NCBI RefSeq assembly: GCF_016026235.1
Contig: NZ_CP065613.1
DNA length: 64,000 nt
Reading direction: 5' to 3' (one strand)
Origin: Escherichia coli
GTDB taxonomy: Bacteria; Pseudomonadota; Gammaproteobacteria; Enterobacterales; Enterobacteriaceae
In this document: positions 10,370-21,374 of the stretch, piece by piece
Layout: each line of letters begins with the position of its first letter
How positions within the stretch are numbered: position 1 is the stretch's first letter
Notes under the pieces: model-generated
Told to the model about the DNA's origin: nothing
Databases searched by the model: none
What the model saw: only the letters and a program-made list of their open reading frames with translations
Program-made: the position numbers and the translations under genes

Positions 10370-12022
10370 ATGAAATTATTGCAGCGGGGCGTGGCGTTAG
10401 CACTGTTAACCACATTTACACTGGCGAGTGAAGCTGCTCTGGCGTATGAGCAGGATAAAACCTACAAAATTACAGTTCTGCATACCAATGATCATCATGG
10501 GCATTTTTGGCGCAATGAATATGGCGAATATGGTCTGGCGGCGCAAAAAACGCTGGTGGATGGTATCCGCAAAGAGGTTGCGGCTGAAGGCGGTAGCGTG
10601 CTGCTACTTTCCGGTGGCGACATTAACACTGGCGTGCCCGAGTCTGACTTACAGGATGCCGAACCTGATTTTCGCGGTATGAATCTGGTGGGCTATGACG
10701 CGATGGCGATCGGTAATCATGAATTTGATAATCCGCTCACCGTATTACGCCAGCAGGAAAAGTGGGCCAAGTTCCCGTTGCTTTCCGCGAATATCTACCA
10801 GAAAAGTACTGGCGAGCGCCTGTTTAAACCGTGGGCGCTGTTTAAGCGTCAGGATCTGAAAATTGCCGTTATTGGTCTGACGACGGATGACACAGCGAAG
10901 TTAGGCAATCCAGAAAACTTCACCGATATTGAGTTCCGTAAGCCCGCCGATGAAGCGAAGCTGGTGATTCAGGAGCTGCAACAGACAGAAAAGCCAGACA
11001 TTATTATCGCGGCGACACATATGGGGCATTACGATAACGGCGATCACGGTTCTAACGCACCGGGCGATGTGGAGATGGCACGCGCGTTGCCTGCCGGATC
11101 GCTGGCGATGATTGTCGGCGGTCACTCGCAAGATCCAGTCTGTATGGCAGCGGAAAATAAAAAGCAGGTAGATTACGTTCCGGGTACGCCATGCAAACCG
11201 GATCAACAAAACGGCATCTGGATTGTACAGGCGCATGAGTGGGGCAAGTACGTTGGTCGGGCCGACTTTGAGTTTCGCAACGGCGAAATGAAAATGGTTA
11301 ACTACCAGCTGATTCCGGTGAACCTGAAGAAGAAAGTGACCTGGGAAGACGGGAAAAGCGAGCGCGTGCTGTACACCCCGGAAATCGCTGAAAACCAGCA
11401 AATGATCTCGCTGTTATCACCGTTCCAGAACAAAGGCAAAGCGCAGCTGGAAGTGAAAATAGGCGAAACCAATGGTCGTCTGGAAGGCGATCGTGACAAA
11501 GTGCGTTTTGTACAGACCAATATGGGGCGGTTGATTCTGGCAGCACAAATGGATCGCACTGGTGCCGACTTTGCGGTGATGAGCGGAGGAGGAATTCGTG
11601 ATTCTATCGAAGCTGGCGATATCAGCTATAAAAACGTGCTGAAAGTGCAGCCATTCGGCAATGTGGTGGTGTATGCCGACATGACCGGTAAAGAGGTGAT
11701 TGATTACCTGACAGCCGTCGCACAAATGAAGCCAGATTCAGGTGCCTACCCGCAATTTGCCAACGTTAGCTTTGTGGCGAAAGACGGCAAACTGAACGAC
11801 CTGAAAATCAAAGGCGAACCGGTCGATCCGGCGAAAACTTACCGTATGGCGACATTAAATTTCAATGCCACCGGCGGTGATGGCTATCCGCGCCTTGATA
11901 ACAAACCGGGCTATGTGAATACCGGCTTTATTGATGCCGAAGTGCTGAAAGCGTATATCCAGAAAAGCTCGCCGCTGGATGTGAGTATTTATGAACCGAA
12001 AGGTGAGGTGAGCTGGCAGTAA
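10370..12022 (+). CDS. ushA: Periplasmic UDP-sugar hydrolase / 5'-nucleotidase
   Basis: 550-aa ORF with N-terminal signal peptide and metallophosphatase motifs (DHH, GNHEF). Confidence 0.95.
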   Translation: MKLLQRGVALALLTTFTLASEAALAYEQDKTYKITVLHTNDHHGHFWRNEYGEYGLAAQKTLVDGIRKEVAAEGGSVLLLSGGDINTGVPESDLQDAEPDFRGMNLVGYDAMAIGNHEFDNPLTVLRQQEKWAKFPLLSANIYQKSTGERLFKPWALFKRQDLKIAVIGLTTDDTAKLGNPENFTDIEFRKPADEAKLVIQELQQTEKPDIIIAATHMGHYDNGDHGSNAPGDVEMARALPAGSLAMIVGGHSQDPVCMAAENKKQVDYVPGTPCKPDQQNGIWIVQAHEWGKYVGRADFEFRNGEMKMVNYQLIPVNLKKKVTWEDGKSERVLYTPEIAENQQMISLLSPFQNKGKAQLEVKIGETNGRLEGDRDKVRFVQTNMGRLILAAQMDRTGADFAVMSGGGIRDSIEAGDISYKNVLKVQPFGNVVVYADMTGKEVIDYLTAVAQMKPDSGAYPQFANVSFVAKDGKLNDLKIKGEPVDPAKTYRMATLNFNATGGDGYPRLDNKPGYVNTGFIDAEVLKAYIQKSSPLDVSIYEPKGEVSWQ

Positions 12023-12029
12023 TCCGAAA

Positions 12030-12053
12030 GTGCCGGATATTTGCATCCGGCAC
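12030..12053. terminator. Palindromic hairpin between convergent ushA and ybaK
   Basis: 9-bp stem gtgccggat / atccggcac with a 6-nt loop, immediately after the ushA stop and before the ybaK stop; no strong T-run. Confidence 0.45.
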
Positions 12054-12058
12054 AATGC

Positions 12059-12553
<495 letters not shown>

Positions 12554-12659
12554 TTAAACAAAAAAACGAAGCAAGCATACGCCTGATGGCGGTCCAAAAA
12601 AAAGAGTCATCTTGCCTAAGAGTATTGGCAGGATGGTGAGATTGAGCGACAATCGAGTT

Positions 12660-12743
12660 ACACCGTCGCTTAAAGTGACGGCATAATAATAAAAAAATGA
12701 AATTCCTCTTTGACGGGCCAATAGCGATATTGGCCATTTTTTT
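12660..12743 (+). ncRNA. chiX: ChiX (MicM/SroB) Hfq-dependent small RNA
   Basis: Sequence acaccgtcgcttaaagtgacggcataataat...gggccaatagcgatattggccattttttt matches my recollection of ChiX; TTGGCA-17bp-GACAAT promoter at 12625-12653; terminal hairpin plus T-run overlapping the ybaP stop. Confidence 0.8.
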
Positions 12744-13536
12744 AGCGCAACATTTGCGGTAAATTCCCTTCTCCATACAGGTGTAGTGCACCGACCGCGA
12801 CCACATATCGCCCCGGCGGCATGGCGCGTAATTTATCCCGCCAGGTGAGATTTCGCTGATGCATCAGCACATCGTACAGCGACTGACTGAACGTATTGGG
12901 CAGCGTTATTTCATTATTTTGCGGCGGCGCATTCAGCCACCAGCTCATCATTTGTTGCAGCAACCGTGCGTTGGTATGCCAGTGGGTCAGCGTATCGTCC
13001 AGCAGCGCCAGTCCTTTGTCAGGGAGCTGGAGCAACATGGCAATCTGGTTTTCAGCCCCTTCCAGTTCAATCACGGGTTTATGTTGTTGCTTCGCCGCCT
13101 GCAATAGCTGGTAATCGATACCGTATTCTGCCCGCAGCCCCAGTTTTTGCGCCTGCGTCGCCTGAAGAACCATCGCGATTTGCCACAGCGGTTGGGTAGA
13201 AAAGAGTGAGGGAGAAATGCCCATCTCCTGGCTAATGTGCTGCAGATTTTGGAGTTGCTCCTCGCTAATGCGCTCTTCCAGCGCCTCGCAGGCAGGCAAA
13301 TTAGCAAAAGGCGTATCGCTGGTGGAAACATCCGCCTCGACGATCAGCGCATCGGCGTTTTTGAGCTTTTTGAGCAAACGGGTGGGCAGGGGAGCCATAT
13401 CGTGGCTACCCATATGAATACTGCCAATCAGATGAAAATGGCGATTGCCGGGAAGGGTGATATCGATGGCAGGCCAGGTGTAATGATTACCGCGCAGCGC
13501 GGCCCAAAGCGTTTTTACCCGGTACAACAGATCCAT
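12742..13536 (-). CDS. ybaP: TraB-family protein
   Basis: 264-aa ORF recognised as YbaP. Confidence 0.85.
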   Translation of the reverse strand: MDLLYRVKTLWAALRGNHYTWPAIDITLPGNRHFHLIGSIHMGSHDMAPLPTRLLKKLKNADALIVEADVSTSDTPFANLPACEALEERISEEQLQNLQHISQEMGISPSLFSTQPLWQIAMVLQATQAQKLGLRAEYGIDYQLLQAAKQQHKPVIELEGAENQIAMLLQLPDKGLALLDDTLTHWHTNARLLQQMMSWWLNAPPQNNEITLPNTFSQSLYDVLMHQRNLTWRDKLRAMPPGRYVVAVGALHLYGEGNLPQMLR

Positions 13537-13673
13537 ACGACCTCCCTTTGTGAAATATCATGCTAGCGCGCGGTGAGGGATGGCGCAAATGGAGTTGGGG
13601 ACTTGTTTAATGTGTTTGTATGATTCAGTATGTTCTTGTATCGCTATTCACAGGGAAGCAACAGTTAAAAACT

Positions 13674-14015
13674 ATGAAACAGGCAACAAGAAAACCGACG
13701 ACACCCGGAGATATTCTTCTCTATGAATATCTGGAACCGCTCGCTTTGAAAATCAATGAGTTAGCAGAGTTGCTGCATGTTCATCGTAATAGCGTCAGTA
13801 CACTGATCAATAATAATCGTAAACTCACCACTGAAATGGCATTCCGTCTGGCGAAAGTTTTTGATACCACAGTCGATTTTTGGCTAAACCTTCAGGCGGC
13901 AGTTGATCTTTGGGAAGTTGAAAACAACATGCGCACCCAGGAAGAATTGGGACGGATTGAAACAGTGGCTGAATATTTGGCACGCCGTGAAGAGCGTGCA
14001 AAAAAGGTCGCGTAA
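13674..14015 (+). CDS. ybaQ: HigA-like XRE-family HTH DNA-binding protein (solitary antitoxin-like regulator)
   Basis: 113-aa ORF from MKQATRKP; helix-turn-helix with C-terminal HigA-type region; upstream in-frame ATG at 13620 is probably not used. Confidence 0.8.
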   Translation: MKQATRKPTTPGDILLYEYLEPLALKINELAELLHVHRNSVSTLINNNRKLTTEMAFRLAKVFDTTVDFWLNLQAAVDLWEVENNMRTQEELGRIETVAEYLARREERAKKVA

Positions 14016-14037
14016 GGCCAAAACATCGCTTCATCTC

Positions 14038-14275
<238 letters not shown>

Positions 14276-14330
14276 TCATGCGTCGATGCCAAATGCGCCA
14301 CCCTAAAGCAGCGCATCCGCAATGACATAC

Positions 14331-16835
14331 TTATTCCTTCGGTTTAAACCGCAGCAACCGGTTGGCGTTACTCACTACGGTAATCGACGAGAGCGCCATT
14401 GCCGCTCCGGCAACTACCGGGTTAAGCAGTGTTCCAGTAAACGGCCACAAAATACCGGCGGCGACCGGAATACCGATACTGTTGTAGATAAACGCGCCGA
14501 GCAGGTTCTGCTTCATGTTGCGCAGCGTTGCGCGGGAAATAGCGAGCGCATCCGCAACGCCCATCAGGCTATGGCGCATCAGGGTAATCGCCGCGGTTTC
14601 AATAGCAACATCACTGCCGCCACCCATCGCAATGCCGACATCCGCCTGAGCCAGCGCTGGCGCGTCGTTAATGCCGTCGCCCACCATTGCCACCTGACGT
14701 CCTTCACTTTGCAGGCGTTTAATCGCTTCGGCTTTACCGTCCGGCAGCACCCCGGCTATCACCTCATCAATCCCTGCTTCTTTGGCGATTGCATTGGCGG
14801 TGGTTGGGTTATCCCCGGTCAACATCACCAGACGATATCCCGCTTTATGCAGGCGTTGCAGCGCCGCCACGCTATCACTACGCAATGGATCGCGTACAGC
14901 CAGCAGGGCTACCGCTTTCCCGTCAACCGCCAGCAGCACAGGCGTTGCCCCTTGCGATGCCTGAGCAGTAATCTCCGCTTCGATAGCTTTGGTATCAACC
15001 TGTTGCTCATTTAACAACGCCTGATTACCCAGCAATAACGCATGACCTTCTGCTTCACCGCTCACGCCCAGCCCGCGCAATGTGCGGAAATCGTTGACCT
15101 GCGGCAGCTGCATATCGCCTGCTTTATCGAGGATCGCTCGTGCCAGCGGATGGCTGGAACCTTGCTCCAGCGCCGCCGCCAGACGCAATGCTTGCGCTTC
15201 ATCAACATCAGCAAATGTTTTTACTGCGACAACCTGCGGCTTCCCTTCGGTCAGCGTCCCGGTTTTATCGAACACTACGGTATCGAGTGTACTGGCGCGT
15301 TGCAGCGCGTCGGCGTCCCGCACCAGCACGCCAAACTCAGCCGCCCGCCCGACGCCGGAAATAATCGACATTGGCGTCGCCAGCCCCAGCGCACACGGAC
15401 AGGCAATAATCAGCACCGTGGTGGCTATCACCAGGGTATAGACAATCTGCGGTGCCGGACCAAAGAAATACCAGATTGCTGCACTGATCAGCGCAATCAC
15501 CACTACTACCGGCACAAATACGGCTGAGATTTTATCCGCCAGCTGACCGATTTCTGGCTTGCTGCTCTGGGCCTGGCGCACCATGCGAATGATCCGTGAC
15601 AGCGTGGTATGGCTGCCAACCGCACTGGCACGAAACAGCACACTGCCGTCCTGTACCACTGTCCCGGCATGGACGCTATCGCCTTCGCCTTTTTGCTGCG
15701 GGATTGGTTCGCCCGTCAGCATCGCTTCATCCAGCCATGCTTCGCCCTGGGTAATCTCACCATCTACCGGCACGCGATCGCCGGTCGTCAGGCGCAGTAA
15801 CATCCCAGGCTGAACTTCCGCCAGCGGCACGCTTTTTTCACCCTCTGCGGTGACCACTCGCGCCGTCGGTGGGGTTAAATCGAGTAATTTCTCCAGCGCC
15901 TTAGAAGAACGCTGACGCGCGCGCGCTTCCAGCATATGGCCGAGATTAATCAGACCGATAATCATCGCACTGGCTTCATAGTAAAGATGCCGCGCTTCCA
16001 TCGGGAACCACTGCGGCCACAGGTTGACGCTCATCGAATAGAGCCACGCCACACCCGTACCCAGCGCCACCAGCGTATCCATCGTCGCCGCACCGTTCAG
16101 CAGGCTTTTCCACGCGCTGCGGTAAAAATGGCCGCCGGCGAAAACCATTACCGCCAGGGTTATCAGGCCGATAACTAACCACAAGCTGCGGTTGTCAGCG
16201 GTGACCATCATGTTATCGCCGATCATCCCCCAGACCATTACCGGGATACCCACAGCCAGTGCAACAATTGCCTGCCAGCGGAAGCGCTTCATCGTAGCTA
16301 CGGCGGTTTCTTGCTGGCGCTCGCGGCGTTTAGCGTCATCTTCAATCGCTTCCGCACCGTAGCCCGCTTTTTCCACCGCCTGCACTAAATCTTGTGGGGA
16401 GGCACTGCCCATCACCAGCGCAGTACGCTCCGCCAGGTTTACCCGTGCCTGAGTGACGCCCGGTACGCTTTGCAGCGCATTTTGTACGCGGGTGACACAG
16501 CTGGCGCAGCTCATGCCGCTCAGCAGCAACTGCTGGCTGTCATCGTCATCGGCGGTCGCTGCCGGAAGCGCCTCAGAAACCGCTGTCAGTGCTTCCGACG
16601 GGATTGATGACTCCGCCAGCGGTTTAGCCTTTGGGTGGCTTACAGATGCGTCATAACCCGCTTGTTTGATGGTTTCGATCAGCTGTTCTGCACTGGCAGT
16701 CCCGGTAACGTGCGCTTCAGTGATAGACACATCCGCTTGTTCCACATCCGGGCGCTGTTCGAGACTTTCTTTCACGCGTTTAACGCAGTGACCGCAGGAC
16801 AGGCCGTCCAGGGTCAGGTCGATAGTTTGTGACAT
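14331..16835 (-). CDS. copA: Cu(I)-exporting P1B-type ATPase
   Basis: 834-aa ORF with two N-terminal GxxCxxC metal-binding domains, CPC, DKTGT and GDGxND motifs. Confidence 0.97.
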   Translation of the reverse strand: MSQTIDLTLDGLSCGHCVKRVKESLEQRPDVEQADVSITEAHVTGTASAEQLIETIKQAGYDASVSHPKAKPLAESSIPSEALTAVSEALPAATADDDDSQQLLLSGMSCASCVTRVQNALQSVPGVTQARVNLAERTALVMGSASPQDLVQAVEKAGYGAEAIEDDAKRRERQQETAVATMKRFRWQAIVALAVGIPVMVWGMIGDNMMVTADNRSLWLVIGLITLAVMVFAGGHFYRSAWKSLLNGAATMDTLVALGTGVAWLYSMSVNLWPQWFPMEARHLYYEASAMIIGLINLGHMLEARARQRSSKALEKLLDLTPPTARVVTAEGEKSVPLAEVQPGMLLRLTTGDRVPVDGEITQGEAWLDEAMLTGEPIPQQKGEGDSVHAGTVVQDGSVLFRASAVGSHTTLSRIIRMVRQAQSSKPEIGQLADKISAVFVPVVVVIALISAAIWYFFGPAPQIVYTLVIATTVLIIACPCALGLATPMSIISGVGRAAEFGVLVRDADALQRASTLDTVVFDKTGTLTEGKPQVVAVKTFADVDEAQALRLAAALEQGSSHPLARAILDKAGDMQLPQVNDFRTLRGLGVSGEAEGHALLLGNQALLNEQQVDTKAIEAEITAQASQGATPVLLAVDGKAVALLAVRDPLRSDSVAALQRLHKAGYRLVMLTGDNPTTANAIAKEAGIDEVIAGVLPDGKAEAIKRLQSEGRQVAMVGDGINDAPALAQADVGIAMGGGSDVAIETAAITLMRHSLMGVADALAISRATLRNMKQNLLGAFIYNSIGIPVAAGILWPFTGTLLNPVVAGAAMALSSITVVSNANRLLRFKPKE
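16629..16635 (-). other. copA: Slippery heptamer C_CCA_AAG inside copA (programmed -1 frameshift site yielding the CopA(Z) chaperone)
   Basis: Heptamer at codons H-P-K about 69 codons into copA; a -1 shift reads CCC AAA GGC TAA, terminating immediately; matches the described copA frameshift as I recall it. Confidence 0.6.
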
Positions 16836-16874
16836 AAAACACTCCTTTAAGACAGTTTTGACTGGCTGTGATAA

Positions 16875-16905
16875 AGGTTAAACCTTCCAGCAAGGGGAAG
16901 GTCAA
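16875..16905 (-). promoter_or_regulatory. copA promoter with CueR (MerR-type) operator: TTGACC -35, 19-bp spacer containing CCTTCC-N7-GGAAGG, TAACCT -10
   Basis: Inverted repeat ccttccagcaaggggaagg at 16883-16901 sits inside a 19-bp spacer, the hallmark of MerR-family promoters; cueR is encoded nearby. Confidence 0.8.
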
Positions 16906-17096
16906 GAAATTAATAAACCAGGCGAGTAAAAGTCCGTAAAGATTAAAAAATTGGCTCAATTTGCATCAGGATTAGACATTTATCTCTTTGTTTTCCTGTA
17001 GTTAAGTTGCGGGTGCTAAGTTAAATCAGGATGCCTGAAAATCGGCACCGGGGTGAGGAATTACCTCCCGCATCTATAAAAAGGAGTTAACAAAAG

Positions 17097-18029
17097 ATGT
17101 TAGATGCAAACAAATTACAGCAGGCAGTGGATCAGGCTCACACCCAATTTCACTCACTTAACGGCGGACAAAATGCCGATTACATTCCCTTTCTGGCGAA
17201 TGTGCCTGGTCAACTGGCAGCAGTGGCTATCGTGACCAGCGATGGCAACGTCTATAGTGCGGGTGACAGTGATTACCGCTTTGCGCTGGAATCCATCTCG
17301 AAAGTCTGTACGTTAGCCCTTGCGTTAGAAGATGTCGGCCCGCAGGCGGTACAGGACAAAATTGGCGCTGACCCGACCGGATTGCCCTTTAACTCAGTTA
17401 TCGCCTTAGAGTTGCATGGCGGCAAACCGCTGTCGCCACTGGTAAATGCTGGCGCTATTGCCACCACCAGCCTGATTAACGCTGAAAATGCCGAACAACG
17501 CTGGCAGCGAATTTTACATATCCAACAGCAACTGGCTGGTGAGCTGGTAGCGCTCTCTGACGAAGTCAACCAGTCGGAACAAACAACCAACTTCCATAAC
17601 CGGGCCATTGCCTGGCTGCTGTACTCCGCCGGATATCTCTATTGTGATGCAATGGAAGCCTGTGACGTGTACACCCGTCAGTGCTCCACGCTCATCAATA
17701 CTGTTGAACTGGCAACGCTTGGCGCGACGCTGGCGGCGGGTGGTGTGAATCCGTTGACGCATAAACGCGTTCTTCAGGCCGACAACGTGCCGTACATTCT
17801 GGCCGAAATGATGATGGAAGGGCTGTATGGTCGCTCCGGTGACTGGGCGTATCGTGTTGGTTTACCGGGCAAAAGCGGTGTAGGTGGCGGTATTCTGGCG
17901 GTCGTCCCTGGAGTGATGGGAATTGCCGCGTTCTCACCACCGCTGGACGAAGAAGGCAACAGTGTTCGCGGTCAAAAAATGGTGGCATCGGTCGCTAAGC
18001 AACTCGGCTATAACGTGTTTAAGGGCTGA
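17097..18029 (+). CDS. glsA: Glutaminase 1
   Basis: 310-aa ORF recognised as GlsA/YbaS (serine-dependent glutaminase). Confidence 0.93.
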   Translation: MLDANKLQQAVDQAHTQFHSLNGGQNADYIPFLANVPGQLAAVAIVTSDGNVYSAGDSDYRFALESISKVCTLALALEDVGPQAVQDKIGADPTGLPFNSVIALELHGGKPLSPLVNAGAIATTSLINAENAEQRWQRILHIQQQLAGELVALSDEVNQSEQTTNFHNRAIAWLLYSAGYLYCDAMEACDVYTRQCSTLINTVELATLGATLAAGGVNPLTHKRVLQADNVPYILAEMMMEGLYGRSGDWAYRVGLPGKSGVGGGILAVVPGVMGIAAFSPPLDEEGNSVRGQKMVASVAKQLGYNVFKG

Positions 18030-18031
18030 TC

Positions 18032-19324
18032 ATGATGAACACGGAAGGTAATAACGGTAACAAACCCCTCGGTCTATGGAATGTCGTTTCCATCGGTATT
18101 GGGGCAATGGTGGGGGCGGGGATCTTCGCGCTGCTGGGGCAGGCTGCGTTGCTAATGGAAGCCTCGACCTGGGTCGCCTTTGCTTTTGGCGGTATTGTGG
18201 CGATGTTTTCCGGTTATGCCTATGCGCGTCTGGGGGCGAGCTATCCCAGCAATGGCGGCATTATCGACTTCTTTCGTCGCGGATTAGGCAACGGCGTCTT
18301 TTCGCTGGCGCTCTCGTTACTGTACCTGTTGACGCTGGCGGTGAGCATCGCCATGGTCGCCCGTGCTTTTGGCGCTTATGCCGTGCAGTTTTTGCATGAA
18401 GGCAGCCAGGAGGAGCACCTTATTTTGCTCTACGCGTTGGGGATCATTGCGGTGATGACGCTTTTCAACTCCTTAAGCAACCATGCGGTAGGGCGGCTGG
18501 AAGTGATCCTCGTCGGCATTAAAATGATGATCCTGTTATTGCTGATTATTGCCGGTGTCTGGTCGCTGCAACCGGCGCATATTTCCGTCTCTGCGCCCCC
18601 CAGCTCCGGTGCGTTCTTCTCCTGTATCGGGATAACCTTCCTTGCCTATGCGGGCTTTGGCATGATGGCGAACGCGGCGGATAAAGTGAAAGATCCGCAG
18701 GTCATTATGCCACGGGCGTTTCTGGTGGCGATTGGCGTTACCACGTTGCTTTACATCTCGCTGGCGCTGGTTTTGCTTAGCGATGTATCGGCATTAGAGT
18801 TAGAAAAATATGCCGATACCGCCGTAGCGCAGGCAGCTTCTCCGCTGCTCGGGCATGTGGGTTATGTGATCGTCGTCATCGGCGCTTTACTGGCGACGGC
18901 TTCAGCCATCAACGCGAACCTGTTCGCCGTGTTTAACATCATGGACAACATGGGCAGCGAACGCGAACTGCCGAAGCTAATGAATAAATCCCTGTGGCGG
19001 CAGAGTACCTGGGGCAACATCATTGTCGTGGTGTTGATTATGCTGATGACGGCGGCATTAAATTTAGGCTCACTCGCCAGCGTTGCCAGCGCCACCTTTT
19101 TGATTTGCTATCTGGCGGTGTTTGTGGTGGCGATCCGCCTGCGTCATGATATTCACGCCTCGTTGCCGATTCTTATCGTAGGTACGTTGGTGATGTTGTT
19201 GGTGATCGTTGGCTTTATCTACAGCCTGTGGTCCCAGGGCAGCCGTGCGTTGATATGGATTATTGGCGCAATCTTACTCAGCCTTATTGTGGCAATGGTC
19301 ATGAAGCGCAATAAAACCGTATAA
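18032..19324 (+). CDS. ybaT: APC-family amino-acid permease
   Basis: 430-aa polytopic ORF, 2 bp downstream of glsA (same operon). Confidence 0.9.
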   Translation: MMNTEGNNGNKPLGLWNVVSIGIGAMVGAGIFALLGQAALLMEASTWVAFAFGGIVAMFSGYAYARLGASYPSNGGIIDFFRRGLGNGVFSLALSLLYLLTLAVSIAMVARAFGAYAVQFLHEGSQEEHLILLYALGIIAVMTLFNSLSNHAVGRLEVILVGIKMMILLLLIIAGVWSLQPAHISVSAPPSSGAFFSCIGITFLAYAGFGMMANAADKVKDPQVIMPRAFLVAIGVTTLLYISLALVLLSDVSALELEKYADTAVAQAASPLLGHVGYVIVVIGALLATASAINANLFAVFNIMDNMGSERELPKLMNKSLWRQSTWGNIIVVVLIMLMTAALNLGSLASVASATFLICYLAVFVVAIRLRHDIHASLPILIVGTLVMLLVIVGFIYSLWSQGSRALIWIIGAILLSLIVAMVMKRNKTV

Positions 19325-19448
19325 CATCTCTCTGTGCGCAGTACTTCCTGTATTATTGTGGTGGCGGTCGATATTCGCACTGGCAAAAAAACGTGCTTGA
19401 ATATCTGTTGAAACCCTTTAACAAAGCACAGGAGGCGTTGCGCGAACG

Positions 19449-19856
19449 ATGAACATCAGCGATGTAGCAAAAATTACCGGCCTGACCAGCAAAGCCATTC
19501 GCTTCTATGAAGAGAAGGGGCTGGTGACGCCGCCGATGCGCAGCGAAAACGGTTATCGCACCTACACGCAGCAGCATCTCAACGAACTGACCTTACTGCG
19601 CCAGGCACGGCAGGTGGGCTTTAACCTGGAAGAGAGCGGCGAGCTGGTGAATCTGTTTAACGACCCGCAGCGGCACAGCGCCGACGTCAAACGGCGCACG
19701 CTGGAGAAGGTGGCGGAGATCGAACGACACATTGAGGAGCTGCAATCCATGCGCGACCAGCTGCTGGCACTGGCGAATGCCTGCCCTGGCGATGACAGCG
19801 CCGACTGCCCGATTATCGAAAATCTCTCCGGCTGCTGTCATCATCGGGCAGGGTGA
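19449..19856 (+). CDS. cueR: Cu-responsive MerR-family transcriptional regulator
   Basis: 135-aa ORF with N-terminal HTH and C-terminal CxxxxxxxC metal-binding loop. Confidence 0.95.
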
Positions 19857-20315
19857 TTAAGACGAGACGGCTCGGATATGTAGGGTTATCCCTTCTATCG
19901 CAATGACTTCAACATGCGTACCTGCACCGAGATCCTCGCTGGCGCTGACAGGCCATGAACTGTCACCGACGCGCATATGACCGCGCCCGTTGACCAGCGG
20001 AGATTCCAGCACAAAACGTCGGCCAATCAGCTGCTGCCCGCGCTGGTTTAAATGACTGTCGCTGTGCTTTTGTTCGCGCACCCGCCGCGACAACCATTTC
20101 CACCACAGCCAGGCGGCGAGCAGCGTCAGGACGGCAAACATCACCCCTTGCCACTCCCAACCCAGCGGCACCAGCCAGACCACCAGGCCGGTAATCACCG
20201 CTGCCACGCCACTCCACAACAAATAACCATTTCCGCCCAGCATCTCGGCTGCCAGCAGCAAACCGCCGAGACTGAGCCAGAAAATATGTGGATGAACGAC
20301 CATTAACTCCATCAT
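19857..20315 (-). CDS. ybbJ: NfeD-family membrane protein
   Basis: 152-aa ORF with a membrane N-terminus and OB-fold C-terminus; overlaps the qmcA stop by 4 bp. Confidence 0.85.
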   Translation of the reverse strand: MMELMVVHPHIFWLSLGGLLLAAEMLGGNGYLLWSGVAAVITGLVVWLVPLGWEWQGVMFAVLTLLAAWLWWKWLSRRVREQKHSDSHLNQRGQQLIGRRFVLESPLVNGRGHMRVGDSSWPVSASEDLGAGTHVEVIAIEGITLHIRAVSS

Positions 20316-21229
20316 GGCTGAGTCCGTTTGTTGGCGCTGTCTTTCACCAGCTCAGCAATCCCGGCAATCGACCCCATCAGGCTGCTGGCCTCTAATGGCA
20401 TCATCACCACTTTGCTGTTACTGGACGAACCGATCTGCTGTAACGCTTCGGTGTATTTCTGCGCTACGAAGTAGTTCACCGCCTGAATATCACCGGAGGC
20501 GATGGCTTCAGACACCATTTTGGTGGCGCGGGCTTCTGCTTCAGCGGAACGTTCACGCGCTTCAGCCTGTAAAAACGCCGACTGACGTTCGCCTTCCGCT
20601 TTCAGGATTTGCGACTGTTTTTCACCTTCGGCTTTGAGGATTTCCGCCTGACGGATCCCTTCCGCTTCAAGAATGTAAGCGCGTTTGGTACGTTCCGCTT
20701 TCATCTGCGCGTTCATTGAAGAGATAAGCTCTGCCGGTGGGCGCACGTCGCGAATTTCAATACGGGTGACTTTAATCCCCCACGGGTTAGTGGCTTCATC
20801 GACAATACGCAGCAGGCGTGAGTTGATGCTGTCGCGCTGAGAGAGCATTTCGTCAAGTTCCATTGAACCCAGCACGGTACGGATGTTAGTCATGGTCAGG
20901 TTGATGATCGCCAGCTCCAGATTGCTGACTTCATAAGCCGCGCGCGGCGCATCAATCACCTGAATAAAGCACACGGCGTCGATGGTAACGTTGGCGTTAT
21001 CTTTCGAGATAACTTCCTGGGAAGGGATATCGAGCACTTGCTCCATCATATTGATCTTGCGACCAATGCGATCCATAAACGGCACCACCAGACTGAGCCC
21101 CGGCTGTAACGTTTTGGTATAGCGACCAAAACGTTCTACCGTCCATTGATAGCCCTGCGGCACGATTTTGACGCCCGCGCCGACAATGACCAGCGCGACA
21201 AAAATGAGAATCGGGATAAAGATAAGCAT
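20312..21229 (-). CDS. qmcA: SPFH/stomatin-family membrane protease-modulator
   Basis: 305-aa ORF with an N-terminal TM segment and SPFH domain. Confidence 0.9.
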   Translation of the reverse strand: MLIFIPILIFVALVIVGAGVKIVPQGYQWTVERFGRYTKTLQPGLSLVVPFMDRIGRKINMMEQVLDIPSQEVISKDNANVTIDAVCFIQVIDAPRAAYEVSNLELAIINLTMTNIRTVLGSMELDEMLSQRDSINSRLLRIVDEATNPWGIKVTRIEIRDVRPPAELISSMNAQMKAERTKRAYILEAEGIRQAEILKAEGEKQSQILKAEGERQSAFLQAEARERSAEAEARATKMVSEAIASGDIQAVNYFVAQKYTEALQQIGSSSNSKVVMMPLEASSLMGSIAGIAELVKDSANKRTQP

Positions 21230-21374
21230 CGGAAAAACCTCCTGTTGTACCGTCCATAATCAGCAAAATTGCTGCTTGATTAAACAAATTATACCTGATT
21301 ACTGAAAGAGAGTTCCCCCTTATTCCTGCGAAGGATAAACTGTTTTTAGTAAAAATCAGAAAAAGGGAACAGCG

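Noticed and set aside
10188-10373. 61-aa ORF in the fsr-ushA intergenic region
   Set aside because: No ribosome-binding site, low-complexity translation produced by the direct repeats, and it overlaps the ushA promoter and RBS; more likely regulatory DNA than a gene.
13620-14015. 131-aa version of ybaQ starting at the ATG at 13620
   Set aside because: The N-terminal extension is hydrophobic and unlike HigA-type proteins; the conserved protein starts at MKQATRKP (13674). The upstream start cannot be fully excluded.
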